The notes beneath the pieces are model-generated. The model saw nothing but the letters and a program-made list of their open reading frames with translations. It searched no databases and had not been told where the DNA came from. Of a stretch of DNA of 64,000 nucleotides, positions 55,100 through 64,000 are shown in pieces; positions within the stretch are counted from its first letter, which is position 1; each line of letters begins with the position of its first letter. The translations under genes were made by a program, and so were the position numbers. The DNA is from Escherichia coli (GTDB lineage: Bacteria > Pseudomonadota > Gammaproteobacteria > Enterobacterales > Enterobacteriaceae), in the NCBI RefSeq assembly GCF_003991155.1, contig NZ_CP031293.1; one strand, given 5' to 3'.

Positions 55100-55330
55100 T
55101 TAAGCTGCGTTCTTTTCGGTGTGTGGAAACAACTTCGGAAGATCCGGGCGAATCTGGTATGCCTTCACAACTCCACCAGTAGCCGTAACAATGCTGCCGA
55201 CATGTTCAGGGGATACCTTTGCTTTGTTGTGAAGCCACTTATAGACGGCCTGCTGTGAAACTTCGCAGGCATCGCCCAGTTTCTTTTGTGAACCAACTAT
55301 ATTGATCGCTGTTTTGATTGCTGGGTTCAT
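55100..55330 (-). CDS. Cro-like HTH regulator (YdaS family)
   Basis: 76-aa ORF MNPAIKTAINIVGSQKKLGDACEVSQQAVYKWLHNK...; divergent from the repressor. Confidence 0.7.
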   Translation of the reverse strand: MNPAIKTAINIVGSQKKLGDACEVSQQAVYKWLHNKAKVSPEHVGSIVTATGGVVKAYQIRPDLPKLFPHTEKNAA

Positions 55331-55434
55331 AACAACCTCCGTGGTTAATCTGAACCAAGATTAAAACTATGGTTGTTTTTAGTCAACAACCATTTTCGTT
55401 TGATGGAATAAAACCTTGGTTGTACATTTGGTCT
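55331..55434. promoter_or_regulatory. OR-like operator/promoter region between cro and cI
   Basis: Inverted repeats TTAATCTGAACCAAGATTAA (55345-55364) and ATGGTTGTT-N7-AACAACCAT (55369-55393). Confidence 0.6.
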
Positions 55435-56124
55435 ATGAAAACAACACTCTCAGAAAGACTTAAAGAAGCCAGATCAGCGCGAGGCCTTACACAAAAGGCA
55501 CTTGGGGATTTGGTTGGGGTTAGCCAGGCTGCTATTCAGAAAATCGAAACAGGGAAAGCTAACCAAACAACTAAAATCGTGGAGATCGCGAACGCTTTGG
55601 GTGTGCGCGCAGAATGGTTATCTTCTGGCATTGGAAATATGTCAGACAGTACAGTGCAACCAATACAATCAACTCTCAGCCATTCCAAATACTTCAAGAT
55701 TGACGTTCTTGATATAGAAGTCAGTGCTGGGCCGGGAGTCATCAACCGTGAGTTTGTAGAAGTTCTACGCTCGGTTGAGTACTCGTTTGACGATGCTCGT
55801 CACATGTTCGATGGTAGGAAAGCGGAAAATATCCGCATCATTAACGTGCGTGGTGACAGCATGTCAGGAACGATCGAACCAGGTGATCTGCTGTTCGTTG
55901 ATATCACTGTTAAATCTTTCGACGGTGATGGTATCTATGCGTTTCTGTACGACGACACAGCCCATGTAAAGCGCCTGCAAATGATGAAGGATAAGCTGCT
56001 GGTCATCTCTGATAACAAAAGCTACTCACCGTGGGACCCGATCGAGAAAGACGAGATGAACCGGGTGTTCATCTTCGGTAAGGTTATTGGGAGCATGCCG
56101 CAGACGTACAGGAAACACGGATAA
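55435..56124 (+). CDS. cI: CI-like repressor with S24 LexA-type autopeptidase domain
   Basis: Start MKTTLSERLKEARSARGLTQKALGDLVGVSQAAIQKIE (HTH); C-terminal GDSM and KRL catalytic motifs. Confidence 0.85.
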   Translation: MKTTLSERLKEARSARGLTQKALGDLVGVSQAAIQKIETGKANQTTKIVEIANALGVRAEWLSSGIGNMSDSTVQPIQSTLSHSKYFKIDVLDIEVSAGPGVINREFVEVLRSVEYSFDDARHMFDGRKAENIRIINVRGDSMSGTIEPGDLLFVDITVKSFDGDGIYAFLYDDTAHVKRLQMMKDKLLVISDNKSYSPWDPIEKDEMNRVFIFGKVIGSMPQTYRKHG

Positions 56125-56204
56125 TCAGCTGCGTGCTGATGAGGCTTTAGGGTAATGCGCTGAAAGAATTCTTTATAAAAATAACATTACGGGAAAGGCA
56201 AAAA

Positions 56205-56474
56205 ATGAGTGATAAAAAACTTATTAAAAAATCAAATAACTGTGTAGATGCATATGCTGATGCATTTGGATATTCATCTTTTGGGGAAGATGACGATCGC
56301 TTAGGCTCCATATCTTTCTTTCAGCATGTTACAGAATGGGACGCTGATGGTAGTAATGACACTGAAAGCGTAAAGTACAACATTGCAACAATTCGCATGA
56401 CGGAAGATTTAATGCTTAAACTCGCTGACTTTATTCGCGATCAGCATGATAGAGCTAAAACCAATAAGTCATAA
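56205..56474 (+). CDS. Hypothetical acidic protein, first gene in the rexAB position
   Basis: 89-aa AT-rich ORF MSDKKLIKKSNNCVDAYADAFGYSSFGEDDD... Confidence 0.5.
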   Translation: MSDKKLIKKSNNCVDAYADAFGYSSFGEDDDRLGSISFFQHVTEWDADGSNDTESVKYNIATIRMTEDLMLKLADFIRDQHDRAKTNKS

Positions 56475-56482
56475 TATTAACA

Positions 56483-56923
56483 ATGAAATACGGTTATTAC
56501 GAAGCTCCAAACCTAACTGAAAAGCTTGAACAAGCGGCAAGATCATCATCTTTGCACACCGCAGCATTTTCTCAATCAGCTGGTATGTCTGGCGATAATG
56601 TACCTATGCTACAATCAAGTGGTAGCGGTGGCTCTGGGAGTAATAATGTGCTTGAATCAAAAGTTGCAAAGCTTGAGTCTGATGTGTCCTACATCCGACG
56701 TGACGTTGATGAGCTTAAGACAGATGTCAAATCTATCGACAGAAACATGATCGCTGTTCTGGAGCGACTCGATTCAATAAAAGAGTCACTAGCCAAAAAA
56801 CCATCCATCGATGCTATCGATAAAAAGATTTCAGACGCAAAGCTTGCGGTATTGCTTGGTGTTCCAGCAATCATCGCTGCAGGAACAGGGCTTTATAAGC
56901 TATCAATGTACTTTTTTCTTTAG
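56483..56923 (+). CDS. Hypothetical coiled-coil protein with C-terminal TM anchor, second gene in the rexAB position
   Basis: 146 aa; heptad-like VLESKVAKLESDVSYIRRDVDELKTDVKSIDRNM; hydrophobic tail LAVLLGVPAIIAAGTGLYKLSMYFFL. Confidence 0.55.
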   Translation: MKYGYYEAPNLTEKLEQAARSSSLHTAAFSQSAGMSGDNVPMLQSSGSGGSGSNNVLESKVAKLESDVSYIRRDVDELKTDVKSIDRNMIAVLERLDSIKESLAKKPSIDAIDKKISDAKLAVLLGVPAIIAAGTGLYKLSMYFFL

Positions 56924-57002
56924 TGCTTAAGAAACTGCTCGCCACCTCGCATTAGGCAAAGCGATTTTTCATTCCCTATTACCCTTTCTTAACCAATCAT
57001 CT

Positions 57003-57031
57003 AAACCCGGCCCCGTGCCGGGTTTTCTTTT
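57003..57031 (+). terminator. Rho-independent terminator ending the cI operon
   Basis: AAACCCGGC-CCCGT-GCCGGGTTT hairpin followed by TTCTTTTG. Confidence 0.75.
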
Positions 57032-57158
57032 GCCCTCCCCTCATCACACACACCGTTAAAAAAACCACCATAACCTCGCTTCAGTTATCGCTATGCGATT
57101 CAAGTCACAAAATAAATCCATCCTAAATACAACCAGTTATATCTAAAACAACCAATAA

Positions 57159-57202
57159 AACAACTTTTGTTGTTGACGATAAAACAACTATAGTTTTAAA
57201 TA
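57159..57202 (+). promoter_or_regulatory. Candidate OL/pL: operator palindrome plus promoter elements
   Basis: AACAAC-TTTT-GTTGTT palindrome overlapping a TTGACG -35; TAAATA 18 bp downstream; half-sites shared with OR. Confidence 0.4.
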
Positions 57203-57274
57203 AGTTCATCGCAACAACACAACGATACGGCAACCACCTGATTCACCGTTGCGATGACCGCTTAGATCCGCAGC

Positions 57275-57685
57275 TTGAATTTCAGCAGGCTCCGGGGAGT
57301 GCGAGGGGTGAAGCGGACGCGTGAACGTCGGTGTGACCAGCTGAAATCAACTCAACACTTCATACCTCAGTCGCTTCAACGAGGCGGCTTAGTTATGACA
57401 ACCGGCGGCCATCCACCGCCTGAATACGCGCAGAAGTCTCTATATGTTCAGCAGCCCAGCTTACGGGCAGGAGTTTTTATGGTTCATCAACATTACGGTA
57501 CGCAGACCGTTAATCGCGGTGCGGTCATGCCAGGAATGCTGGTCAAACACAAAGATGGTACCTGGACTGCATCGGCTAATTTACGCGGACGGCTTTATCT
57601 GCATCGCGGCGTCGAGCGCACTTATACCCGTGACTTGCTCGTGGAAATTTTTCTCGACGGACGCGGCAACGGCCTGAATCACTAA
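57275..57685 (+). CDS. Hypothetical early-left protein with Arg-rich motif, possible N-like antiterminator
   Basis: ORF with non-ATG start; N-terminal [12 protein letters not shown] resembles the lambda N Arg-rich motif; rest of protein unlike N. Confidence 0.35.
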   Translation: MNFSRLRGVRGVKRTRERRCDQLKSTQHFIPQSLQRGGLVMTTGGHPPPEYAQKSLYVQQPSLRAGVFMVHQHYGTQTVNRGAVMPGMLVKHKDGTWTASANLRGRLYLHRGVERTYTRDLLVEIFLDGRGNGLNH

Positions 57686-57760
57686 TCCCCTTTCCTGTTT
57701 TCCTAATCAGCCTGGCATTTCGCGGGCGATATTTTCACAGCCATTTTCAGGAGTTCAGCC

Positions 57761-58057
57761 ATGAACGCTTATTACATTCAGGATCGTCTTGAGGCTCAGA
57801 GCTGGGCACGTCACTACCAGCAGATCGCCCGTGAAGAGAAAGAGGCAGAACTGGCAGACGACATGGAAAAAGGCCTGCCCCAGCACCTGTTTGAATCGCT
57901 ATGCATCGATCATTTGCAACGCCACGGGGCCAGCAAAAAAGCCATTACCCGTGCGTTTGATGACGATGTTGAGTTTCAGGAGCGCATGGCAGAACACATC
58001 CGGTACATGGTTGAAACCATTGCTCACCACCAGGTTGATATTGATTCAGAGGTATAA
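57761..58057 (+). CDS. gam: Gam, host RecBCD inhibitor (short form)
   Basis: 98-aa [41 protein letters not shown]... Confidence 0.9.
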   Translation: MNAYYIQDRLEAQSWARHYQQIAREEKEAELADDMEKGLPQHLFESLCIDHLQRHGASKKAITRAFDDDVEFQERMAEHIRYMVETIAHHQVDIDSEV

Positions 58058-58062
58058 AACGG

Positions 58063-58848
58063 ATGAGTACAGCACTCGCAACGCTGGCTGGGAAGCTGGC
58101 TGAACGTGTCGGCATGGATTCAGTCGACCCACAGGAACTGATCACCACTCTTCGCCAGACGGCATTTAAAGGTGATGCCAGCGATGCGCAGTTCATCGCA
58201 TTGTTGATCGTCGCCAACCAGTACGGCCTTAATCCGTGGACGAAAGAAATTTACGCCTTCCCTGATAAGCAGAACGGCATCGTTCCGGTGGTGGGCGTTG
58301 ATGGCTGGTCCCGCATCATCAATGAAAACCAGCAGTTTGATGGCATGGACTTTGAGCAGGACAACGAATCCTGTACATGCCGAATTTACCGCAAGGACCG
58401 TAATCATCCGATCTGCGTTACCGAGTGGATGGATGAATGCCGCCGCGAACCATTCAAAACCCGCGAAGGCAGAGAAATCACGGGGCCGTGGCAGTCGCAT
58501 CCCAAACGGATGTTACGGCATAAAGCCATGATTCAGTGTGCCCGTCTGGCCTTCGGATTTGCTGGTATCTATGACAAGGATGAAGCCGAGCGCATTGTCG
58601 AAAATACCGCATACACTGCAGAACATCAGCCGGAACGCGACATCACTCCGGTTAACGATGAAACCATGCAGGAGATTAACACTCTGCTGATCGCCCTGGA
58701 TAAAACATGGGATGACGACTTATTGCCGCTCTGTTCCCAGATATTTCGCCGCGACATTCGCGCATCGTCAGAACTGACACAGGCCGAAGCAGTGAAAGCT
58801 CTTGGATTCCTGAAACAGAAAGCCACTGAGCAGAAGGTGGCAGCATGA
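58063..58848 (+). CDS. bet: Bet single-strand annealing recombinase
   Basis: 261-aa [35 protein letters not shown]... Confidence 0.95.
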   Translation: MSTALATLAGKLAERVGMDSVDPQELITTLRQTAFKGDASDAQFIALLIVANQYGLNPWTKEIYAFPDKQNGIVPVVGVDGWSRIINENQQFDGMDFEQDNESCTCRIYRKDRNHPICVTEWMDECRREPFKTREGREITGPWQSHPKRMLRHKAMIQCARLAFGFAGIYDKDEAERIVENTAYTAEHQPERDITPVNDETMQEINTLLIALDKTWDDDLLPLCSQIFRRDIRASSELTQAEAVKALGFLKQKATEQKVAA

Positions 58849-59525
58849 CACCGGACATTATCCTGCAGCGTACCGGGATCGACGTGAGAGCTGTCGAACA
58901 GGGGGATGATGCATGGCACAAATTACGGCTCGGCGTCATCACCGCTTCAGAAGTTCACAACGTGATAGCAAAGCCCCGCTCAGGAAAGAAGTGGCCTGAC
59001 ATGAAAATGTCCTACTTCCACACCCTGCTGGCTGAGGTTTGCACCGGTGTGGCTCCGGAAGTTAATGCTAAGGCGCTGGCATGGGGAAAACAGTACGAGA
59101 ACGACGCCAGAACTCTGTTTGAATTCACTTCCGGCGTGAATGTTACTGAATCCCCGATCATCTATCGCGACGAAAGTATGCGCACCGCCTGCTCTCCCGA
59201 TGGTTTATGCAGTGACGGCAATGGCCTTGAGCTGAAATGCCCGTTTACCTCCCGGGATTTCATGAAGTTCCGGCTCGGTGGTTTCGAGGCCATAAAATCG
59301 GCTTACATGGCCCAGGTGCAGTACAGCATGTGGGTGACGCGAAAAGATGCCTGGTACTTTTCCAACTATGACCCGCGTATGAAGCGTGAAGGCCTGCATT
59401 ATGTCGTGGTTGAGCGGGATGAAAAGTACATGGCGAGTTTTGACGAGATGGTGCCGGAGTTCATCGAAAAAATGGACGAGGCACTGGCTGAAATTGGTTT
59501 TGTATTTGGGGAGCAATGGCGATGA
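58845..59525 (+). CDS. exo: Exo 5'-3' exonuclease (lambda Red alpha)
   Basis: 226-aa [43 protein letters not shown]... Confidence 0.95.
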   Translation: MTPDIILQRTGIDVRAVEQGDDAWHKLRLGVITASEVHNVIAKPRSGKKWPDMKMSYFHTLLAEVCTGVAPEVNAKALAWGKQYENDARTLFEFTSGVNVTESPIIYRDESMRTACSPDGLCSDGNGLELKCPFTSRDFMKFRLGGFEAIKSAYMAQVQYSMWVTRKDAWYFSNYDPRMKREGLHYVVVERDEKYMASFDEMVPEFIEKMDEALAEIGFVFGEQWR

Positions 59526-59676
59526 CGCATCCTCACGATAATATCCGGGTAGGCGCGATCACTTTCGTCTACTCCATTACAAAGCGAGGCTGGGTATTTC
59601 CCGGCCTTTCTGTTATCAGAAATCCACTGAAAGCACAGCGGCTGGCTGAGGAGATAAATAATAAACGGGGGGCTGT

Positions 59677-60234
59677 ATGACTGATTTCACCGGAAGCAAT
59701 ACTCCTGCCGAACATCGCGACAGCTGGCGCACACCACCAGAGATTTTTGCTGCGCTTAATGCAGAGTTCGTTTTTCAACTTGATGCTGCAGCCAGCGAAA
59801 AAAACCGACTATGTCGGCTTTTTATCTCACAGGAGCAGAACACATTAACCACTTCATGGCCTGAAGCAATGGGATATGCCTCTGGTTATGTCTGGTTGAA
59901 TCCACCATACAGCAATATTTCCCCTTTTGTGAAAAAGGCAGCCACTGAAAACAAATTCAGTAGTGTGGGATGTGTAATGTTATTGCCTGCTGACACATCT
60001 GTCGGATGGTTTCATGAAGCGATACAAACCGCCAGTGAGGTCAGATTCATCACGGCAGGACGACTGGCATTTATTAACCCACTCACCGGGAAACCCGTCA
60101 GTGGAAATAATAAAGGCTCGATGCTCATTATCTGGCACCCATACCCCCGTACACACTGCCACTTTACGACCGTTGATCGTGGAGAGTTGATGGCGTTCGG
60201 CTCAAGGATTCTTGCCCGTCGGGAGGCTGCATGA
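59677..60234 (+). CDS. Phage N6-adenine DNA methyltransferase (Dam-like)
   Basis: 185-aa ORF with catalytic NPPY motif (WLNPPYSN). Confidence 0.7.
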   Translation: MTDFTGSNTPAEHRDSWRTPPEIFAALNAEFVFQLDAAASEKNRLCRLFISQEQNTLTTSWPEAMGYASGYVWLNPPYSNISPFVKKAATENKFSSVGCVMLLPADTSVGWFHEAIQTASEVRFITAGRLAFINPLTGKPVSGNNKGSMLIIWHPYPRTHCHFTTVDRGELMAFGSRILARREAA

Positions 60235-60310
60235 CAACCACGGAATGCATTTTTCTGGCAGCGGGCTTCATATTCTGTGTGCTTATGCTTGCCGACATGG
60301 GACTTGTTCA

Positions 60311-60526
60311 ATGACACCTCAGCAGGAAAACGCCCTTCGCAGCATTGCCCGTCAGGCTAATTCTGAAATCAAAAAAGCCAGACAGCAGTTTCCGGATAAA
60401 AACGTCGATGACATTTGCCGTAGCGTACTGAAGAAGCACCGCGAAACGGTAACGCTGATGGGATTCACACCGACTCATTTAAGCCTGGCGATCGGCATGT
60501 TAAACGGCGTCTTTAAGGAGCGATGA
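60311..60526 (+). CDS. Hypothetical small phage protein
   Basis: 71 aa from internal Met MTPQQENALRSIARQANSEIKKARQ... Confidence 0.4.
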   Translation: MTPQQENALRSIARQANSEIKKARQQFPDKNVDDICRSVLKKHRETVTLMGFTPTHLSLAIGMLNGVFKER

Positions 60527-60624
60527 ACATGAAAAGCAAAATCATCAGGGAGCTACAGGCTCCTTTTTTATTGTTCGCATTCATCCTCAAGCGTATTAAC
60601 CAACAATTCAGGGATTAATGGAAG

Positions 60625-60843
60625 ATGGCAGACATCATTGATTCAGCATCAGAAATCGAAGAATTACAGCGCAATACAGCAATAAAAATGCGTCGTCTGA
60701 ACTACCAGACTGTATCCGCAACTCATTGTTGTGAGTGTGGCGATCCGATAGATGAGCGAAGACGCCTGGCTGTTCAGGGTTGTCGGACTTGTGCAAGTTG
60801 CCAGGAGGAGATCGAACTTAAGAACAAACAATGGGGACTGTGA
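60625..60843 (+). CDS. TraR/DksA-family C4 zinc-finger protein
   Basis: 72-aa ORF with CCECGDPIDERRR...CRTCASC. Confidence 0.7.
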   Translation: MADIIDSASEIEELQRNTAIKMRRLNYQTVSATHCCECGDPIDERRRLAVQGCRTCASCQEEIELKNKQWGL

Positions 60844-60890
60844 TGGCCTCAAAGCAGCAAATTTCAACATCGTCCAACTGAGGTGTAAAA

Positions 60891-61169
60891 ATGTTCAGAA
60901 TCATTTTTCCTAACACCTGGTACGTCGACCACCACGGCACTCCCTGCAAAATCCTGCGTTCTACCCACAACAAAGTTCACTACATCCGAAAAGGCAGAAC
61001 ATGTATCGCCAGCATGTTCCGCTTTAATCATGACTTTGAACCTGTGAATAAAGCTGATGCAGATCGGATAGCAGAAGAGATCGAAACGGCAGAACACATT
61101 AAGAAGTTACGTGACATGCGTTCAAAAAGCAGAGGTAACCATGGAATCATACAGCCTCACACTCGATGA
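60891..61169 (+). CDS. Hypothetical phage protein
   Basis: 92-aa ORF upstream of xis. Confidence 0.35.
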   Translation: MFRIIFPNTWYVDHHGTPCKILRSTHNKVHYIRKGRTCIASMFRFNHDFEPVNKADADRIAEEIETAEHIKKLRDMRSKSRGNHGIIQPHTR

Positions 61170-61512
61170 GGCCTGTCAGTTTCTTAAGATATCCAGACCA
61201 ACCGCCACCAACTGGATACGAACAGGCCGCCTACAGGCAACACGTAAAGATCCAACCAAGCCAAAATCTCCTTACCTCACAACACGGCAAGCCTGCATTG
61301 CGGCGCTTCAGTCTCCGCTGCATACTGTCCAGGTGAGCGCGGGTGATGGCATAACAGAGGAAAGAAAATGTCACTCTTCCGCAGAAATGAAATATGGTAT
61401 GCCTCGTATTCGCTCCCGGGCGGGAAACGAATTAAGGAATCTCTTGGCACAAAGGACAAGCGGCAAGCTCAGGAGTTGCACGACAAGCGAAAAGCAGAAC
61501 TCTGGCGAGTAG
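61141..61512 (+). CDS. xis: Excisionase / AlpA-like HTH protein
   Basis: [31 protein letters not shown]... immediately upstream of and overlapping int; exact 3' extent uncertain. Confidence 0.5.
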   Translation: MESYSLTLDEACQFLKISRPTATNWIRTGRLQATRKDPTKPKSPYLTTRQACIAALQSPLHTVQVSAGDGITEERKCHSSAEMKYGMPRIRSRAGNELRNLLAQRTSGKLRSCTTSEKQNSGE

Positions 61513-62531
61513 AAAAGCTAGGGGATTTACCTGATGTCACTTTTGAAGAGGCCTGCCTAAGATGGCTTGAGGAAAAAGCTGATAAAAAATCTCTCGATTC
61601 AGATAAAAGCCGGATTGAGTTCTGGCTTGAACATTTTGAGGGTATAAGGCTTAAAGATATCTCGGAGGCAAAGATTTACTCTGCTGTAAGCAGAATGCAT
61701 AACAGAAAGACGAAAGAAATATGGAAACAGAAAGTTCAGGCCGCCATCAGGAAAGGTAAAGAACTGCCTGTTTATGAACCAAAGCCAGTATCAACTCAGA
61801 CAAAGGCAAAGCATCTTGCCATGATAAAGGCCATTCTCCGTGCTGCAGAACGCGACTGGAAGTGGCTGGAAAAAGCGCCTGTCATCAAGATACCAGCGGT
61901 CAGAAACAAGCGAGTCAGATGGCTGGAAAAGGAGGAAGCAAAACGCCTTATTGATGAGTGCCCCGAACCACTGAAATCTGTCGTCAAGTTTGCGCTGGCA
62001 ACTGGTCTGAGAAAGTCGAACATCATAAATCTGGAATGGCAACAAATCGACATGCAGCGACGAGTTGCCTGGGTGAATCCAGAAGAGAGCAAATCAAACC
62101 GCGCCATTGGTGTGGCGCTGAACGATACCGCCTGTAAAGTGTTGCGTGATCAAATAGGCAAGCATCGCAAATGGGTGTTTGTACATACCAAGGCGGCTAA
62201 GCGAGCAGATGGAACATCAACGCCTGCGGTCAGGAAGATGCGCATCGACAGCAAGACATCATGGCTATCAGCTTGTCGTCGTGCAGGAATTGAAGATTTC
62301 CGTTTCCATGACCTCAGACACACCTGGGCAAGCTGGCTGATTCAGTCAGGCGTCCCATTATCAGTGCTTCAGGAAATGGGCGGATGGGAGTCCATAGAAA
62401 TGGTTCGTAGGTATGCTCACCTTGCGCCTAATCATTTGACAGAGCATGCGAGGAAAATAGACGACATTTTTGGTGATAATGTCCCAAATATGTCCCACTC
62501 TGGAATTATGGAGGATATAAAGAAGGCGTAA
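61368..62531 (+). CDS. intD: Tyrosine integrase (DLP12 IntD-like, argU-specific)
   Basis: 387-aa [36 protein letters not shown]...; C-terminal [10 protein letters not shown]...RYAH catalytic motifs; next to tRNA-Arg. Confidence 0.9.
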   Translation: MSLFRRNEIWYASYSLPGGKRIKESLGTKDKRQAQELHDKRKAELWRVEKLGDLPDVTFEEACLRWLEEKADKKSLDSDKSRIEFWLEHFEGIRLKDISEAKIYSAVSRMHNRKTKEIWKQKVQAAIRKGKELPVYEPKPVSTQTKAKHLAMIKAILRAAERDWKWLEKAPVIKIPAVRNKRVRWLEKEEAKRLIDECPEPLKSVVKFALATGLRKSNIINLEWQQIDMQRRVAWVNPEESKSNRAIGVALNDTACKVLRDQIGKHRKWVFVHTKAAKRADGTSTPAVRKMRIDSKTSWLSACRRAGIEDFRFHDLRHTWASWLIQSGVPLSVLQEMGGWESIEMVRRYAHLAPNHLTEHARKIDDIFGDNVPNMSHSGIMEDIKKA

Positions 62532-62546
62532 CTGATTGAATTGTAA

Positions 62547-62623
62547 TGGCGCGCCCTGCAGGATTCGAACCTGCGGCCCACGACTTAGAAGGTCGTTGCT
62601 CTATCCAACTGAGCTAAGGGCGC
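62547..62623 (-). tRNA. argU: tRNA-Arg (anticodon UCU), attL site
   Basis: Reverse complement GCGCCCTTAGCTCAGTTGGATAGAGCAACGACCTTCTAAGTCGTGGGCCGCAGGTTCGAATCCTGCAGGGCGCGCCA; 3' 45 nt duplicated at 13823. Confidence 0.9.
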
Positions 62624-62864
62624 GTTGATACCGCAATGCGGTGTAATCGCGTGAATTATACGGTCAACCCTTGCTGAGTCAATGGCTTTTGATCTGGTTG
62701 CTGAACAAGTGAACGACCGCGTCTGATTTTCTGATTTATTTCGTTATAGCGGCAAACAAACGCACACCGCTGCGCGTCTGAATCAAGAAAACCCGTATTT
62801 TCATGTATCAAGTACAATTTCCCGCCCTAACGGAAAATTGTCCGATCCAATGAGACTGGTAACT

Positions 62865-63497
62865 ATGAAACCAACGTCGGTGATCATTATGGATACTCAT
62901 CCTATCATCAGAATGTCTATTGAAGTTCTGTTGCAAAAAAACAATGAATTGCAAATTGTCCTGAAAACGGATGATTATCGCATAACCATCGATTATCTCC
63001 GAACCCGTCCTGTTGATTTAATCATTATGGATATAGACTTGCCCGGAACAGACGGTTTTACCTTCCTGAAAAGGATCAAACAAATCCAGAGTACAGTGAA
63101 AGTATTATTTTTATCATCGAAATCAGAATGCTTTTATGCTGGCAGAGCGATACAAGCTGGTGCTAACGGTTTTGTCAGTAAATGCAATGATCAGAATGAT
63201 ATTTTTCATGCCGTTCAGATGATCCTCTCCGGATACACTTTTTTTCCCAGCGAAACGCTCAACTATATAAAAAGCAATAAATGCAGTACGAATAGTTCAA
63301 CGGTCACGGTGCTATCTAATCGTGAAGTAACCATATTACGTTATCTGGTTAGCGGATTATCTAATAAAGAAATTGCCGATAAGTTATTACTTAGCAATAA
63401 AACAGTTAGTGCACATAAATCTAATATTTATGGCAAGCTAGGTTTGCATTCAATTGTAGAGCTTATCGACTACGCCAAATTATATGAATTAATATAA
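62865..63497 (+). CDS. fimZ: FimZ LuxR-family response regulator
   Basis: Start MKPTSVIIMDTHPIIRMSIEVLLQKN...; LuxR HTH at C-terminus. Confidence 0.9.
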   Translation: MKPTSVIIMDTHPIIRMSIEVLLQKNNELQIVLKTDDYRITIDYLRTRPVDLIIMDIDLPGTDGFTFLKRIKQIQSTVKVLFLSSKSECFYAGRAIQAGANGFVSKCNDQNDIFHAVQMILSGYTFFPSETLNYIKSNKCSTNSSTVTVLSNREVTILRYLVSGLSNKEIADKLLLSNKTVSAHKSNIYGKLGLHSIVELIDYAKLYELI

Positions 63498-63499
63498 TA

Positions 63500-64000
63500 T
63501 TAATTATAATTGATCATAAATATCGCATCCGCTTTCGCCACACCAGGCTGAACACCGCTGGCTAACGCTCGATAATTGGCAAAAAAGTTTAGTGTGACAT
63601 TGCCATTAGCATCAACTTCCTCAGTCGAGCTCGCCTCCCCCAGTGCGAGCCGGGAGCGATCGCTATTACGTAATTCGATGGCGACGGTTTGTGCCATTGC
63701 GGGATCATCCAGAGCCAGCAGGTTGGCATCAGATGCCGGCGTTCCCGTAAATAAAATCGCAACTGAACCCGGAGGACATCCCTCCAGCCGCAGGCTAAAA
63801 GGGACGAGTGCCGTGGTATCGCCAGCGCTCAGTAATTGTGTCGTAGGCCATCTGCCTAAATCTACCGTCTTATCCTTATCCGCTGTGTTTACGGTACAGG
63901 AGAAATCAACAACGTTACCGTGCAAATTGATATTAATCGTTCCTAAAGGGTCAACTGCCCATCCACTGGAACTCCACAGTAGCCCGCAGAAACAGCTAAA
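63500..64000 (-). CDS. sfmF: Fimbrial subunit-like protein, C-terminal part (gene probably runs off window end)
   Basis: 141-aa ORF with fimbrial C-terminus ...ADAIFMINYN; synteny sfm-fimZ-argU. Confidence 0.7.
   Translation of the reverse strand, partial: FSCFCGLLWSSSGWAVDPLGTININLHGNVVDFSCTVNTADKDKTVDLGRWPTTQLLSAGDTTALVPFSLRLEGCPPGSVAILFTGTPASDANLLALDDPAMAQTVAIELRNSDRSRLALGEASSTEEVDANGNVTLNFFANYRALASGVQPGVAKADAIFMINYN

Overview
Enterobacterial (E. coli-type) chromosome segment carrying a complete-looking ~48.7 kb lambdoid prophage integrated at tRNA-Arg (argU). Left flank (1-13.8 kb) is chromosomal backbone: cusA' (partial), cusB, cusF, cusC on the minus strand, cusRS, nfrB, nfrA, ybcH and envY on the plus strand. 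A 45-bp copy of the argU 3' end at 13823-13867 and the intact argU at 62547-62623 bracket the prophage; fimZ and a partial sfm fimbrial gene follow. Reading from the high-coordinate end the prophage has: int/xis, a lambda-type exo-bet-gam recombination module, a non-lambda immunity region (S24-peptidase cI-like repressor, YdaS-like Cro, YdaT-like protein), a hybrid replication module (O-like with its own iterons, lambda-type P, ren), a DLP12-like nin region (emrE, large serine recombinase, ybcN, ninE, ybcO, rusA, Q), lysis genes (holin, R, Rz/Rz1, bor), cos, and a lambda-type head and tail module from Nu1 to J, lom and stf. The attR-proximal end carries an S74-domain fibre protein, tfa remnants, a ybcY-like methyltransferase, a secreted alpha/beta-hydrolase and ompT. 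Three AT-rich cargo loci sit at classic moron/defence hotspots and have no function I can assign: (1) a translationally coupled two-gene cassette between Q and the holin, antisense to the late operon (Zn-ribbon + NdpA/YejK-like protein, interrupted at an A7 tract, plus a 404-aa membrane-anchored protein); (2) two small genes in the rexAB position downstream of cI; (3) a 314-aa protein in the nin region with a possible Bro-N/KilA-N-like N-terminus. The first is the best candidate for an undescribed system. All calls are from reading the sequence and the supplied ORF translations, with homology by recollection; no database search was run. The ORF track shows non-ATG starts as M.
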